From: Azolla caroliniana
Taxonomy: Eukaryota > Plantae > Polypodiophyta
Length of the DNA: 64,000 bases
Direction: 5' to 3'
NCBI GenBank assembly: GCA_043228905.1
Contig: JBHGNT010000006.1
Coordinates: forward strand, 13,826,001-13,890,000
Shown: one piece after another, positions 45,101 through 59,400 of the stretch
How the letters are laid out: the number at the start of each line of letters is the position of its first letter
Numbering within the stretch: position 1 is the first letter of the stretch
Notes under the pieces: generated by a model
Seen by the model: only the letters and a program-made list of their open reading frames with translations
Told to the model about the DNA's origin: nothing
The model's database searches: none
Translations under genes and position numbers: made by a program

Positions 45101-47960
45101 ATGTACTCGTTGTGCTTCCTCTCCAATTCCCAAGTTTACTTCCTCTAGCTGGGACACCTTCATCCATTGAGATACCTCCATTTCCCGTTCCAGGGCCTCC
45201 TGTGCTTGACGTAGTTCTCTAATGACATCTCTATCCGGTTCCTCTTCGGCATCTTCCAGTTGTGCCATATACGAAGAGACTGCTTCAGCCACATCTATTT
45301 CGAACAAGAGTACGATTTTTGGAATATCTTCGAGATACTGATCGACTTCCTCATCGGCGAGCCCGTCTAGCATATTAACGCTTTTAGTGTATAGCAATGT
45401 TAGCTCTTTGCCGGTTCCGGTTTGTGGATGTGTCGGTACCCGCACTTTGGTTTTGCCTCGTCGGAACGTAATCACATTCTTTCGCCAATTTTGCTTAATG
45501 TGCATCTGCCGCAACCATGGTCATCCAAGCACTAGTGGGTAAGCCCCTTGGGTATTTAACTGGAGAACCACCACAGAAATGTGGAATGCATGTCCTCCAA
45601 CTGTTACCTCCAGATCTCGTATTAAAGCGGTGGGTCTTACCGAACTCATATCTGCCATTCGGAGCCAAAACGGGCAAGGCTCCCACTCCTGGATTCCCAG
45701 GGTGTCACAAGTACGGAGGCTGATTACATTAACGCCCGATCCTCCGTCGACGATCGTCCCTGGTAGCTCGTGTCCTTTGACAATGTCAGTGATTGTCGGA
45801 CTACTTGTGTCCACCACCGCTGGCCCTTCCTCTAGGTTGGAAAAGAAAGCCGGAGCCGGCGACAAGTCTGGTGGTGTTATTGCCGATTTCAGCCCTTCCG
45901 TGAACCGGGGTACTAATTGTAGTAGCCGGCCTAATGGCAACGTAATTTGACATTCTTGTAATGCCTTCCATGTTGGGTTTTCTGACTGTATTGTGTCAGT
46001 GAGCTCCGCCGGTGCTTCCTTTTTTTGTTTGACTTCCGCCGCATTCTGCTCATTCACCTTCTCTACCCATTCGGTGGCCTGTTTCCGGATAGCCTCTTGT
46101 TCTTCCCACTCCGTCGTCTTTCCTTTTGACCTGATGGTGACTTGTTGTATATCCGCGACCTCTGCTACCACCATATTGACTGCTGGTCATTTTTCATTAC
46201 TTTTCACCGGGCATTGGTTGCTATTATGGCCTTCCTGCCGGCAATAATAACAATACGCTTTTTAGGTATTGCTAGATTCTGCTTTTGGCCCGGTACTTGG
46301 CTGAAATCCTGTTGCTGGTCGACTAGGCTCTTCTGTTCGTCTTTGTTCTAGCTAGGTGCCACTCAAGCCTCTCTCCGACTCTTGTGGGTATTCCTTCGCC
46401 GGTTCCCGACACTCCTCCTTTTGGTTGTTTTGTTTTTTATTAAAACGTTGGTGGTTCTTGTATCCCTATTAGGGGCGATCTTCGTAATCCCCGCTCTGAT
46501 CCTCTCTCCTTCGGTTGTAGCTTGGAGAGTGATCACGATCAAAACGGTCACCATTATAATCCCGGTACCTGTCGTACCGGTGCCGGTCATAAGTGTCCCT
46601 TCTGTCATTGTATCAGACATCCTGTACTAGCCGGTAACGCTCGTCTCGATGCCAACGTTCTTGTTCCTCTTCCCGGTCGCTGCAGGTACCAATTTGTCTT
46701 ACTGGTGCCGCTTGTCGGTTCAGTTAGTTATATTCGCATTGGTCCATTGTGCGCGACCTAGAATGGCATAACATGCATTGTGACCGCATGGTACATTCTA
46801 TTGTAGAGTGCCTGATATTGAGACAAGTCGTACACTGTATAGCTTGCCAAAAACATAGGTCTTCTTCTGTCAGTAATGTACGCTGGAGTGCCCTCATTCT
46901 TAGCCACGAGCTTGTTTTCTCCATCTTCCTGACCTGGTCGATCGTGCTGGTGCAGAAGTCAATGACTGCGCACACCGTACGCAAGGGTTCCTGGAGTGCT
47001 ACTAGGAATATTGCTTTTGCCTCTGCTTCCGGTGGTGCCTAACTTAGCTGGCTGTGCATCCACTGGAACCAGATTACGAATTGTTGAATGGTTTCTGTAG
47101 GTTCTTGCCGACCATCTCTCGTTGATCCACCTCCTTGTTGAAGAATTGTAAAACTCTGGTTTTCAAGTCCTCAAACGTTATGATGGTGGCGAGAAGGTAA
47201 GTCAAGCGCCATCACACAACTGGTCCTTCCAGAGTCATGCCGAACTCTGCAATCTTCGATCATTCTGCTTCAGCGATGTTTAAGCGTTGCAACACATGGT
47301 TTGCTTCCCATGTTTGTAGAAATGCATACACATGGGCTTCTGCGTCCGGATCATCCCTGTACCTGGGATATTGGAACGACATATCCTCGTCCGGTGTCAG
47401 GACTCGAGCTGGTGGTGACGGAGGTCTCTCCTCCTCTTCTGTTGGAAGCCGTGTCGGAGGTCTTTCCTCCTCTCTTTTTTGCGTCAAAGGTCTTCCTTCC
47501 TCCTTCGGAGGTTCGCCTGGCGGTGTCAGAGGTTGATCCACTTCGTGCCTTCCCGAAGCTTCCAGTTCTGTTATCACCGATTCCGGTGTCGGTATATTAT
47601 CCGAATCCTCGTCCTCTGGTCCGTTCGGGGTGTCGTGACTACTGCGGTAATTTGAATGTGCATTGTACTCACCGTTCGAATCCGATTCAAATGTCGAAAA
47701 TGGTTCGGAATCGCCTTCTCCCACTGCGAATGCATGCAAGATGGATTCCTCTTCCTTCAAACTACTTACACTACTTCCTTCGTCTGGATGGGAATTTTGC
47801 TGCAAACAAAGTGACTCTGCGGCCACTCGTCGGATCACCTTTGAAAAGGATCGATCCGCGCGGATTTCTTCTGCCGCTTCGTGCTATGCTTTGCGCTTCC
47901 GCAGTCTTTCGGCGAGTCGTCTCACTTGCTCCGTTGCTGGGTCGTTTGTTGGTCGCCACT
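42150..47960 (-). pseudogene. Gypsy F gag-pol (degenerate)
   Basis: SFQYPRY gag, [45 protein letters not shown] and AESTNKTL. Confidence 0.9.
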
Positions 47961-48471
47961 ATTCACTGCGCTTGAGCAAGAATCGTGGTCGCCAAAAACT
48001 GTGTTATTCCTTGGGGCCGGACTAGCCCTAACACGGGGTGTCCCTCTGGGAAACTTCACCAAAGGGTGGTGCAAGTGGGGTAAGCGTAGACCGTGATACA
48101 AATGTATTCCTAACCGGCTACTAACCGGCGTGGTTAATGATCATAATACACGCGTAAGATAAATTCTATTAAGCATAGAACGACAATTAACTAAAGCTTC
48201 AAAGATTAAACAAGATGTAGAACAACAACACTTTCATTAATAAACAACTATCTGATTACAATATAACCGGGTCCTTTTATAGGTCACCGGCTTTGGGTAC
48301 GAACCGGTGCCAACCGGCAACTGGCCACGAACCGGTCCGGATCCGGATCGGCATACCGATTCTGGGTCTGTCCGTTCTTTCTCAAAATATAATAATTATA
48401 GATAGTTCTAAAATAATTATCCCTTTCCCGTTCTAGACTTTATCCGCCTTTTAAGTCTTTGCCAGTCAACC

Positions 48472-51400
48472 GTTAGGCCATCCATGGCTACATTTCGCGA
48501 ACATCAAACACAATTGGTAGCACAACATAAGTTTTCGTCGAGGTCGATCTAAGGTTCAGGTCTTGACGTAGGAGAGCACACCACCTACTAAGGTTATGAC
48601 TCCGCTTTACGTGGAGGATATCCACATGCTAGAGGGGATAGATGACGAAGAATTTGAAATGTACCTAGAGGAGAATCCTCGAATCGTGGCACACTTTGAG
48701 ATCGACATCATCGAGATAGCCAACACTGTCACACTTATGGCACTAGATGCCGAAGATAGCGAACCTAATACAGAGGCACTCATGGAACGTCGTAGGGCAC
48801 AGGATGCGTTCGATCGAGAAATGAAAATCTCTCGACGCGTCACGGCATCGGCCATAGAAGGAATCAATGTCAATACTGCGGATGCGTCGCAACCTCTCTC
48901 CATAGCAAAGCATCTACCTCCTTCGGAGAAGGCAACCATGATTGAACTCCTGCGTGAATATAAAGATGTGTTCGTATGGTCACATGAGTATATGAAGGGG
49001 CTAGATCCTAAATTTTATCATTATCAAATTAATCTAGCGACGAACGCAAAACACGTCCAGTAGAGGGAGGCGCTGTCATGAAGTTATTGCTTCATGATGT
49101 CAAAACAATGTCAAAAATCTATAGAAAAAATTCCCCATATGGAACTTGTGACGGGGATCGGTTTGTGAATCGGAGTTCAGGAGCCCAAGATACAAGCTTC
49201 GAAAATAATAATTTTACTCGGAACACAAATGTAATTATTTCAAAAGGGGGAGTCAAAATTAAGTGAGGGCTATTTCTATAGTTTCTCAAATGTACAACTA
49301 CAAAATCGAATATGTAGAATCAATAAATAAAATAATAATAAATCAATATAAAAATAAAAATACCAATCGCCTCAAAAGGGTGGTAGGGCGGTTGACCACC
49401 CTATATAACCCCACGCCCATGGTGGCTAAAGAGGGGGGAAGAAGGAGAAGAAGGAGAATGAGAATAAGAAGAAGAAGAGGAAGGAAAAGCGAGTGAAGAA
49501 GCTTGTGTGGGTGTGGGATGCAAAGCTTGCCAAAGAGGATGGTGGCTTGCATAAATCAAGACAAGAGTTAAAGAAAAGAAAAAAAATACAAGAAAAGGAA
49601 GAAGTTGAAGTGGTGTATCTCAGATGCCTCTTTGAAACAAAAGGTCATGAGTTTGAATCCTCTTACAACAACTTCTTTTGGAAATCAAATTTTGTAATAT
49701 AAATTTATTATATATAAAGTAAAAGAGAAAAACAAATAAATACAAACCAAAGAGATTGAAGTGGTCTATCTCAAACGGTTCTTCTCAAATAGAGTTTGTG
49801 AGTTCAAGTATTGCCAAGTAACTTTTGGCAAATAAATATTGTAAATGCTTGGTTTACAAATAAAATTCTTTTCGCGACAACGAACTCACATTTATCTTGG
49901 CTTCTCGGCTTCTTGTCATCGCACCATTTGCGATTAGGCCTTGTCACCCCAATCATCCCCGAGTCACAGAACCCCAGCGGTTGCAACACACAACCACAAT
50001 CTTCTCGACAATGGTACTGCATGAACCCAAGCTTCGCGGCACGCGTAAAAGAAGAAATCGATAAGCTCCTAAAATTCGCGTTCATCACACCAGTCAAGTG
50101 GGCAACATCATTGAGCCCGATTGTAGTCGTACCAAAGAAGAACGGGAAGATCCGCGTTTGCGTCGTCTATAGGAAGCTCCACGCGGTCATGATCATTGAT
50201 GCCTTCCCCTTGAGTTCACGGATGGCGTACTTGACGCCGTAGCTGGCCACGAGATGTATAGATTTTTGGATGGCTTTAGCGATATAATCAGATACACATG
50301 CGTCCTGATAACCAGGAAAAGACCGCTTTCGTGACAAATTGGGGCGTGTAGTGATGATGTTCGGGCTTAAAACTGCACCAACAACATTTCAATGCATCAT
50401 TACTGAAATTTTTGGCGAGTATATCCCAGGTTTATTGCAGGTCTTCCTCGATGATTTTGCGGTTTACGGTAGACGAGCCGAGCACTTACGATGTCGCTCA
50501 ACACGACTTAACCTTAATCCAGCCAACTGCGTGTTCGGCGTAACCAGGAAGGCTCTCCTCGGTCACATTGTCAACCGACAAGGCATTACGGTTGATCCAA
50601 GAAAGATCAAGCCCATCACTTAGCCCCTGAACCCCAAAAATGCAAAAGCCCTCAATCGTTTCCTGGGGCAGATCCGCGGGCATAGTCGGATGCTTCGCTA
50701 TCTAGCGGATTTCTCGACACCCTTGCATGCGGCAGTGCACCACACACCGTTCACTGGGACTGACACAGAAGAAAAGCTAATGCTCACACAAACACCGGTA
50801 GTACAACCACCGGATTGGATGAAGCAATTCTATGTTTTCATAGGTGCACAAGACATAGCCATCAACTACGCACTGATGCAGTTCACCTAGCCGAATTGGT
50901 ATTCCCTAGTATACTACTCCACCTGGAAACTATCAGTCGCCGAGATAACTACTCCACGACCGAGCGTGAAGCCCTTGCTATGATATATAACATCAACAAA
51001 TTTTGACACTACCTACTGGGCCGAAAATTTGTCTTCCATGTCGATCACGCGACACTATTGTATCTGGTCTCGAAGCAGTCACTTATGGGGAAGTTGGCAC
51101 GATGGATGCTATTGCTACATGAATTCAAGTTGAAATCCAGCATCAACTAGACGCTCGGCACGCGGTGGCTGATTATCTAACCCGTATCGAAATTGGAGAG
51201 GAAGCTGTCGAAGGGGATGACGACTTTCCGGATAGTGGAATACTATGCATTTCGGCAAGTGACACAGAGGCGGACACATCGTGACCTAACGAGAAATGGC
51301 TAGAGGATATGAGCCATTTATTAACCACAGGCTTACCACCCCCACAAATGTGAACGGACAAAAAGAAGCAATTGGCGGTCAAAAGTCGCAACTTTTGCTT

Positions 51401-52560
51401 ACTAAACAATATCCTCTACCACAAAGGAAGGGACGACATTTGGCGAAGGTGTGTTTGGCAGGATGAAAAAGAAGCGGTCCTACGAAAAGCCCATCATGGT
51501 ATAGCCGAGGGCCATTACACAAGTGACATGACCGCGCGGAAGATATGGCAAGGTGGGTTCTAGTGGCCGACAACACAGAAGGACGCCCAAGCAGACTGTT
51601 AGGAATGGGCCAACCTACGGAGCAAGCCCGGATGTTGTGTCAATCCTTACTTCCACTGGAACTATTCCAAAAATGGGGTCTCGATTCCGTGACACCCCAA
51701 CCGTGGCACACACAGGTAACAAGTATGTTCTGGTGGCAATAGATTACTGCACCAAATGGGTCAAACCGAAAGCTTTACAGGACAATACAGCGACGTCCAC
51801 GGCCAAATTCTTGTACGAGAACATTTGGTGTTGCTTCAGTCCGATCAAACTAATTAGTGACCAAGGGGGCCACTTCCTAAATCCAGTGATTCAGATGCTC
51901 ACCGACCATTATGCTTTTGTCCACGAAATGAGTACCCCGTATTACCCCCAAGCGAATGGACTCGCGGAATCGACGAATAAAATGTTACAGAACATCCTAA
52001 AAAAGAGCATCAACAAAAACCGCACGGACTGGGATACAAAGCTTCACAACGCCCTATGGGCATATCGCACAATCTTTAAAACTAGTATCTAGTCTACCCC
52101 ATTCCGGCTAGCCTTTGGATTGGAAGTCGTAATGCCCGTCGAGTTCCAGGTTCCAAGCTTACGAATACAAATTCGGGAACGCCTTCCCAAAAAACAGTTA
52201 GAACAGTTACGTTTGCAGCAACTTCTTGAACTAGGCGAAGATAGGGTGCGGAGTATGGCAATCCTAGAAAAGGAGCAACGTTGTCGAAAGACATTTGTGA
52301 ATCAACATTGAGGTAATGAAAAAAATTTCAAAATCAGGAAAGACTTATTAGTGTTTCAAACACGTATAGGAGAAATGCATGGAAAACCCTGATTCTGGTG
52401 GACGGGGCCGTATTGGATTATCGGTGTCGAAAATGGCACGTTCGAATTCGGCACTCTCGTCGGGGAAGTTCTACAATAGAAAGTCAATGGCTTCCGACTC
52501 AAGCAATACAGGGGTCCAACACCGTCGAACCCTTTCCGAAACGCCACGAAATTAGCGGGG
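48472..52560 (+). pseudogene. Gypsy C pol remainder (RT, RNase H, integrase), degenerate
   Basis: [41 protein letters not shown] and [11 protein letters not shown]. Confidence 0.88.
49074..49879. mobile_element. LTR-like AT-rich insert within gypsy C
   Basis: TGTCATGAAG...TTCGCGACA imperfect inverted termini, an internal CTATATAA and a GA-rich tract. It interrupts the RT N-terminus (HVQ...YCMNP). No TSD was found. Confidence 0.45.
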
Positions 52561-53566
52561 GCAAATGTCGTCCTCCAAGCGGAGGTCACCAAGGCGTCAA
52601 ATCTTTTAGGGGCTACACAACTAGATTCCCTCAACGCCATGAAGATTATAGCAAAAGGGCATATGCGAGACATGCCGCACAAGTAGCCAACACAAGAGGA
52701 TACGCATGGGGACGAAGATCTGCAAGTGGACCAGGCGCCAACCGTTGTACAAGTAGAAGAAGGCATGCAGCAAGAACAACCACAAGAAGTGGCGTTGGAA
52801 CTGATAAGACCCACTGACCTCCCCACACTAGAACTGATAGAACAATCCCCCCTCCCCCCCCCCGCCCCCCGAACCGGAGACAATTGATCCTACTAGATGC
52901 CTCGATTCCACACCTATGACGCAACCCACGACATTCCCCGTAGCTCCCGCCGAGACCGATCGTTTAGAACCGAACATCCTTGACATTTTCTATGACAAAT
53001 GAAGGTCCCCTTTGGGTTCGACCGTGCAAGCACTATCCCACAGGCATGCCATGTGTTGGCCTCCTTCGACGGCTAAGTGGGGAAAGTCGAAAAGAAAAGA
53101 CAAAGAGACGGTTACGGCATGAGAAGCGGACGGATGGATCCATAGCAACATAATGAGGGACAGTAGCATAATAATGAGGGAATAGTAGCAGTTGTAGTGT
53201 TTTGTATCGGAGTAACGGTTCACGCACCACGCGTAACCAACCATGACCCTATATATAAAGGGTATGGAAAACTTGTAATAACGAACGTAAAAATTTTGTA
53301 TTGAAGCTCTGCAATATAGTTATGTTTGCACGACTATCTGTGTTCTAGTGCTCTTGTTGTTTATTTGTGTCGAGTTCCTTTCTTTGTTGATTCGGTTGTA
53401 ATCGTTCTCTTAATCTCGACGGTCTCCACGATTCAGCTAGCACTACGGGTCTAGTACATAGTCCTCAGTATTACGCACTTGTTCATCCCTGAACCATAAT
53501 CAACTTGAACCAAACCCCCGAGGATTGGAGGTGAGGTACCGTACCGTGTAACCTAAAACAGTAATA

Positions 53567-54400
53567 GAGTAGAGCCGACAGTTGGGTCGGTGGGAGGTCA
53601 GTCAAGAGTCAGCCAAGGGGAGAATCGACAAACCCAAGAGCTAATTGAGGAACAAAAGGAAGCAATCGAAATACACTCGGCAGAACATGGATTCGATTCT
53701 GACTCGGATGAAGAGTCGACTGAAGAAGTCGAACAAGAGCCAACTGTGTCAACTGGAGAAACAAGATATCCTCTCAGAGAGAGAAGAGCCCCCCACAAAT
53801 TTCCAGATAAAGAATGTGTGTTGCTAACCAACTAGGGGGAGACAGGAAGCTTCGAGGATGCAAAGAGGGATACCCATTGCTGAAACTGGTTGAGTGCCAT
53901 GCAAGACAAGAAGGCTTCCTTGTATGAGAACCAGACATATGAATTGACCCAGTTGTCGAAAGGGAAAAGGGCGCATTGAAACTGGGAGATGGCAGGAATC
54001 CACCCAGATACAAAGCCAGAATCGTGGTGAAAGGTTTTCAACAGAAGAAAGGTGTGGATTTCGACAAAATATTTTCCCTAGTAGTGAAGATGACATCCAT
54101 CCGAACGGTGCTAAACATAGCAGCCAACATGGATCTTGAAGTCGAACAATTGGATGTCAAGATGGTGTTTTTGCATAGTGACCTTGAGGAGGAGATATAC
54201 ATGCAGCAACTAGAAGGATTTATCGAAAAGGGAAAGGAGAACTTCGTGTGCCTGTTGAGGAAGAGCCTTTATGAACTGAAGTAGGCTCCCCGGAAATGAT
54301 GCCGGAAGTTCGAATCCTTCATGAATGACCAAGGGTACCACCAAATGCAAGCCGATCATTGCTTGTTTGTGAAGACGTTTGATCGAGGATATTTCCTCAT
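53567..54400 (+). pseudogene. Copia B continuation (integrase-RT linker and RT), truncated
   Basis: RYPLRERR, RYKARIVVKGFQQKKGVDF and EQLDVKMVFLH. Confidence 0.8.
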
Positions 54401-55460
54401 CTAAAGAAGGGCCTCAAACTAGGTAACGAAAAGTTACGCCGGTCATCCCGTCAAAAGAAAACTGTCATGAGGTACGGATACAATGAGTACATGGCGCATC
54501 ACTATGCGTACATGACTAAGGTGGCAGAAGTGCATGAGCCGGAGAGCTACGCAGAAGCAACGAAAGACGCAAATTGGCGTGCTGCTATGGAGGAAGAAAT
54601 GCGGGCACTAGATGCCAATGATACATTGGACCTGGTTGACCCACCCCGATGGTGCAAATTGATCGGTTGCAAGTGGGTGTACAAGGTAAAGTACAACGCC
54701 GACGGTTCGGTCAACTGGTACAAAGCCCGGTTAGTGGTGAAGGGATACACACAGACCCACGGAATTGACTACAACAAGACCTTCGCTCCGGTAGCGAAGA
54801 TGTCGATGGTTCATATGTTACTGGCTGTGGCTGCGGCAAGGGGATGGCATCTTCACCAAATGGACGTGAAGAATGCATTTCTTCAAGGTGATCTTGAAGA
54901 ACGGGTCTATATGATCCAACCCCCCGGTTTCCAATCAGAGATGAACAAGTCAGTAGTGTGCCGACTCAAGAAGTCACTTAATGGTCTGAAACAAGCTCCT
55001 GAGCTTGGCATGCGAAGATCACGCACCGGTTATGTAAGATGGGGTTTGTGGCCTCTAAGTCTGACTCTTCATTGTTCATCTAGAATGGTTCAGACAGTAT
55101 GGCTTGCATTTTGCTTTATGTAGATGATTTAGTCATCACCGGACTTGGACTCAATGAAATCGTCCAAGTGAAGTCCCACCTATCAGACGCATTTGAAATG
55201 AAGGACCTAGGGGACTTTCATTATTTTCTTGGGATCGAGGTGATCCGAACCCCCTTTGGCATATTGCTCTCACAACGCCATTATGTGTTGAATATGTTGT
55301 ACAAGTTCGGCATGACTGAATGCCAACCGATCTCTACACCCCTGGACCGGAACTTGAAGCTACGTCCTGACTCCGGCCCGACTGCAATGAGAAACGGTTT
55401 CAAAAAATTGTCAGAAGCCTCATATACTTGACAATCACTCGACCCGACATCAGTTATTTC
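54401..55460 (+). pseudogene. RT fragment of a different copia family (copia D/E-like)
   Basis: [31 protein letters not shown] and MKDLG. Confidence 0.85.
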
Positions 55461-55462
55461 AA

Positions 55463-55906
55463 CGTTAACGTGCGGAAGCATTCGTCAGAACCGGCTCAAC
55501 CGGATAGCAACAGACAATAAGATGAAGGTTTAATAGAGAAGCTTAATATACAGGGAGTATACGCGGGAGAGACAAAGAGAGCAGAACATAAATGTAGATT
55601 CAAAAAATAAAAACACTCTATAACTTTGTACATACATCGTGCTAAACAACACAATTTATACAAGTCCTCAAAAGGACTAACAGAAGTACTATGTACTTCA
55701 ATGCTCATACGAGTGACTGACACTAACTATGAGATAATGATTACCTAGTAGTCTAGGCTACTACTAGGCTTCCAGTTCGCACTCGAATCCGGCTGTCTAA
55801 TCCGTCTTCCCGATCCGGCTGGTTGTTTCCGGATACTGATCCGGCTCTATCCTATTCAGCTGATCCGGATCCGGTTGAGATTGCTCGCTCAACACTCCCC
55901 CTCAAG
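55463..55906 (-). repeat. Truncated copia 3' LTR plus PPT
   Basis: ...GCTCAACA ends at 55894, followed by CTCCCCCTCAAG. It resembles the copia E LTR (GTACTTCAATGCTCAT). Confidence 0.7.
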
Positions 55907-56483
55907 CTCAACTTCAGGTCGGATCGTGGTGTTAGTATCTTTGGCAGTTGGTTCTTCTACCCGGATCCTTTTGGCATCGCTCTGCCTTGCTCGCACTCCT
56001 CATCCGGTCCGGTCTTGTTTGCCATGACCGGATTCCATAAACTCGGGTCCGTCGCGACCCCTTTCATCCGTTCCTAGCTATCCTCTAACAAGGGATCCGC
56101 AATTAGCCTCACCTTCCAGTCCACAGTCTTGTACTTGGTATCGACTCGGGTCGTCCTATTCGTCCCAACCATCCTCTTGAAGTCCGTGATGACTTCTTAC
56201 ATTTCCGCAAAATTGACCGGAATTACCCGGCCCTCGCTTAGGTCCTCCTCGGTTGCCCTAGCGATCTCTCCAAGGGTTTCGTCGAATGAGATCGCCTCCA
56301 TGGCACCACTTATCTTGTCATCAGGTCCCAGGGCTCCGCATGCCCTCAAGCAACCCTAGGCCCGCTTCTTCTCATGGCCACGAATGCCGGTTATGGTACA
56401 ACCTCCATTAGCAGAGGACCAAAAATTCTTACCTATAATATAGGTGTGGGGTTTCTCCGGAGTGTCTAGACTATCGCGGCGCC

Positions 56484-59400
56484 TATTGAGAAGCAAGCTC
56501 AACAAAGCTATGTGATGCTTATTCAGAAATAAGCTATAGTAGCTATTAGCTAATTAGCTACTAGTGGACATAAAGGTGAAACAGTTATTTAGCTATGCAC
56601 AATTATTTAGCTATAGACAGCTAATTCGCTACTAGCAGCTAATTAGCTGCATATATAAGTCACTGATAACTTAGGTAAAAACTAAGTAGTAAGTAGTACT
56701 CGTAGAAGAGTGAGTGTAGTGCTGAGAGTTGTAGAACAGAAAACAGAAAACTAACGAGAGCAAGTTGAGCTCTACGTGTAATGAAGTAGAAGTTTTTGGA
56801 CTGTGCAAAGGTAAGCCTCCTTCCCTTTCCCCTTTCTGTCTTGAGCACTAAACGATCCAGCACGATGTGCATACAGAAGAGCCGTAGTGCCTTCGTAACA
56901 TGGTGTCAAAGCGAGGTTGCTCATAAAGAAGAGTATAGCAGTGCACAGATATGAGAAGGTTATTTCTCTGTTTGTTGATCTGAATTAGAAAGTTACTAGT
57001 TGAAGTAATCGTAGCAAAAGCCCTAATAGAAAGAGAAAATGGTTGCTAAGAATGCAGGCTAAATCATTACAGAGAAATTAGATAAAAACAATTTCCCGGC
57101 GTGGAAATTCAGAATGACAAACTTCCTTATGGGGAAAGGATACTGGGATTATATTGAAGGAGACCTAGAAGAGGCTCCAGAGATCCCTGAAGAAAATGCA
57201 TCTGCTGCACAGATAAAAACATTTAAGGATTGGAATCAATGGGCAAGAAAGGTAATGCATTGACTATCACTTAGCATCTCAGATTCGATGCTTGGGCATA
57301 TACAGGATGTTATGCGTCCAAAAGAAGCTTGGGACAGTTTAGTAAAACTGTTTGCAGTGAATACAAAGGCAAGAAAGCTTCAGTTGAAGACTGAGCTAAA
57401 TACCTTGGAAAAAGGTAAGATGTCAGTAAATGAGTATGCTCTGAAAATAAAGAGCATATGTGAATCACTTGCTTCTATCAAGGTGAAGGTAGAAGATGAT
57501 GAGAAGGTGGAAATATACTTAAGAGGCTTAGGACCTCAATACAAGAGTTTCAAAACATCTATTCTCACAAGGGATAGTATCCCAAGTTTTCTAGATCTGG
57601 TTTCAATGCTTGTAGTAGAAGAAATAAATCAAATGGATGATGTAAACAAAGGAAACTCAGAGACTGAGGGGCAAGCCCTCTACAATAGTGTTGGAAGAGG
57701 TCGAGGAAGAGGCCATGAAAGATTTGGTTCAACTAGAACCAACAACAATTGTTATCAAGGAAGAGGAAAATAGGTTGTAAGTGGAAGAAACAACATAAGA
57801 GGCAGGGGGAACAATCGAGGAAGAGGTAACCAAACCTATTTGAATGATGATGGCTGCTGGTATTGTGGAAAACCAGGCCATACACAGGCTGAATGTTATA
57901 AAAAGCAAAATGATGAAAAAAGAGGGAAGAGACAACAAAATAATTTTGCCTCAACTAGTGAAGACTGTGATAAAGATGGTGCATTTGGGTTGTGATATGA
58001 AATAGCAGTAGTGGTTGAATGTTCACAGAGATGCAATGAAGAGTTTATGTGGTATGTAGATTCTAGGGCATCTAATCAGATGACAGGACATAAAAACTGG
58101 TTTGAAAGGTTTAGGGAACCAGATATTCTTGGTTATGTACAGATAAGTGATAATACTACTCACCAAATAGAGCATGTTGGAGATATCCCATTGTGGAAAG
58201 AAAAAGGAAAAACAAAGTATATGCTAAATGTGATGCATATTCCAAACCTTGCCAAAAATCTGATTTCTGTTGGACAGATAGTGGAGCAAGGAATGCAAGT
58301 GAAGTTTAAGCAAAGTGGATGCTTCATAGAGAAAAATGGAAAGCTCATTGCAAAAGGAAAATGAGAAGGAAGACTATTTATCTTGGATGTAGATATGCCT
58401 AGGAAGATTACATCCATGTTTACAAAAGGAATGAATGTAATCTCAAAAGTGGAAATGTGGCATAAAAGAATCGGTCACATAAGTATGGAAACATTGAAAA
58501 ATATGTTGAGGAAAGATGCAGTGGCTAGACTGCCTAAGCTCAAAGACTGTGAGATGGGAAAAGTATGTGAAGCATGTCAATATGGAAAGCAAAACAGGTT
58601 GCCTTTCCCTCATGAAAGACATGTAAGCCAAAATTTGTTGGATTTGGTACATATCGATGTATGGGGACCAACAAAAAAGGCATCTATTGGTGGTTGTAGA
58701 TTTTATGTAACATTTATTGATGATTGCTCAAGGAAAACATGGATGTACTTTATGAAAGAGAAAAGCGAAGTATTTGATTGCTTCCGTAAGTTCAAATGTA
58801 TGGTAGAAAAACAAGCCGGAATAAGATTAAAATGTCTAAGATCTGATGGAGGAGGAGAATATTTCTCCAATGAATTTTCTGATTTTCTATGCAATCAGGG
58901 AATAAGAAGACAGTTCACATGTAGATATACTCCACAATAAAATGGAGTTGCTGAGAGAAAAACCAGAACTTTGGTGAACATAACAAGGGCTATGATAACT
59001 GAAAAAATTATGCCATTGTACTATTCGGCAGAAGTTGTAAACACAGCTAATTATATTCTAAACAGATGTATAACATCGGGAGTACATGAGGTAACTCCTG
59101 AAGAGTGTTTCTATGGAAGAAAGCCTAGTTTAGAACACTTAAAAGTGTTTGGATGCCTTGCATATGTACATGTACCTGCTGAGGTGAGAAGTAAGCTTGA
59201 TCCAAAAGCTGAAAAATGTATTTTTGTTGGATATTCAGAGGAGCAAAGAGGGTATAGATGCTATAACCCTTTGACAAAAAAAATTGTGGTAAGTCGGGAT
59301 GTAATATTTGATGAGTTGGGCAGCTAGTACAACCCAATAGAGAATGTAGAAACTGATGAAGACTGTGAAAATGAAGACAGAGAAAAATCTAAGAATGGAA

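Larger units (their letters stand above)
21691..48471 (-). mobile_element. Gypsy F: Ty3/gypsy retrotransposon with a 3' accessory ORF
   Basis: LTRs at 21691-22160 and 48002-48471 (470 bp). TSD GTTAG at 21686-21690 and 48472-48476. PBS-like TGGCGACCACG at 47984-47994. gag at 47838-46300, PR IVDGGSGVN at about 45740, RT FLDDF at about 44485, then RH and INT at 43300-42200. Confidence 0.9.
7617..53566 (+). mobile_element. Gypsy C: Ty3/gypsy (non-chromovirus, Athila/Tat-related) retrotransposon hosting nested insertions
   Basis: The 5' LTR spans 7617-13813 (split by copia D) and is similar to the 3' LTR at 53054-53566. Degenerate gag lies at about 13860-15300. The protease is split by copia E (SGCIV|VDSGSGVN) and by gypsy F (PYPLLL|GHPWL). 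RT/RH/INT lie at 48472-52550. The TSD is degenerate (GAATT/GAGTA). Confidence 0.8.
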
